A stretch of 64,000 nt of DNA, taken from a virus. A program made the position numbers and the translations under genes. The DNA lies in the IMG/VR virus record IMGVR_UViG_3300008952_000006, positions 109,035 to 173,034 of that record. The stretch is one strand, 5' to 3'. Under the pieces are notes generated by a model, which saw nothing but the letters and a program-made list of their open reading frames with translations, was not told the origin of the DNA and made no database searches. Below are positions 63,353 to 64,000 of the stretch, in pieces; position 1 is the first letter of the stretch; the number at the start of each line of letters is the position of its first letter.

Positions 63353-63894
63353 TAGGGTCGCCTAGCTGGTGCTGTCCAGGGCCCTGCTTTGTTAGTCTGG
63401 CCCCCAGACAAGCCCGATAGGCCTTTTGGGCGACTCGACAAACTGCCGCGAACAGCGGTTGCTTGCGACCCCTTCATAGTACGAGCGACAGTTTCAGGGG
63501 AAGCCAAGCTGAGGCTTCTCCCTTGTTGCATAACGCCTTTCCACCCGCCTGCGGGGCCTGTCCCCTTGGCTGGGGCGGCTGGGACTTTCGGAGATACTGG
63601 TTTTTTTGCTTTAACCTGGAGAGGCGAGAAACCCATGTGTTGTGTTGGGGGCTTCAAGCCCATCCGAGCTTGTCCAGAGGGCGGTCCCAAGGGTTGCTTC
63701 TGTTGTAAGGGTTGTCGAGCGCTCAGGGATGGCTTGGCAACCGGCTGTGGTCCCGTCTTTAGGGGGTTGCCTTTGGGGAGGGAGATGCCTTTGGGGTTTA
63801 CGCCGCCGATAGACCCAATTGGTGATTGAGCCAGCTTAGAAAGCAGCGCTTCTGTTAGTCGTCTCTTTGTAGTGTATTTCTCTAGTGCGTTCAT
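63352..63894 (-). CDS. Basic P/G/K-rich protein with KxA leader
   Basis: MNALEKYTTKRRLTEALLSKLA followed by a low-complexity body. Confidence 0.6.
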   Translation of the reverse strand: MNALEKYTTKRRLTEALLSKLAQSPIGSIGGVNPKGISLPKGNPLKTGPQPVAKPSLSARQPLQQKQPLGPPSGQARMGLKPPTQHMGFSPLQVKAKKPVSPKVPAAPAKGTGPAGGWKGVMQQGRSLSLASPETVARTMKGSQATAVRGSLSSRPKGLSGLSGGQTNKAGPWTAPARRP

Positions 63895-63900
63895 TACTGT

Positions 63901-63999
63901 TTATCCTTTGTTGCTTGCTAACAGGGCCGCCAAGCCACCGGCTCCACCAACGCCTGCGCCAATCCCAACATTAGTCTTTAATTGACGTTTGCGGTATTT
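63901..63999 (-). CDS. 3' end of a gene truncated by the window edge
   Basis: Reads KYRKRQLKTNVGIGAGVGGAGGLAALLASNKG*; same C-terminal motif as 53049-53426. Confidence 0.65.
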   Translation of the reverse strand, partial: KYRKRQLKTNVGIGAGVGGAGGLAALLASNKG

Positions 64000-64000
64000 A

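Noticed and set aside
12646-63829. Numerous + strand ORFs of 60-220 aa opposite the structural genes
   Set aside because: They lie antisense to long, tightly packed - strand genes and have no recognisable motifs; treated as shadow ORFs

Overview
This window is a 64-kb segment of a large, lytic-looking tailed dsDNA phage with a contractile tail, read in the standard genetic code. It has two convergent arms. The + strand (92-12298) is a replication/recombination module: DnaB-like helicase, DnaG-like primase, zinc-ribbon SSB, family A DNA polymerase, GIY-YIG nuclease, RecA-like protein, PD-(D/E)XK, Cas4-like and RusA-like nucleases, and an AT-hook protein. The - strand (64000 to 12346) is a virion arm: tube-like and hub proteins, gp25-like and giant J-like baseplate proteins, and tail fibres/spike. 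Interleaved in that arm are 11 basic, low-complexity proteins plus a sigma-70 factor. The most striking signal is that these 12 proteins share a short N-terminal leader ending in [FLMK]-x-K-x-A, with the motif repeated internally between modules. This suggests an undescribed capsid-cargo targeting/processing system that would also package the phage sigma factor. Other notable items are a ~136-nt multibranch RNA-like structure upstream of the polymerase and a RecA homolog lacking three catalytic residues. No tRNA, rRNA, CRISPR array, integrase or reverse transcriptase was recognised. All product calls come from motif recognition by eye; no database searches were run.
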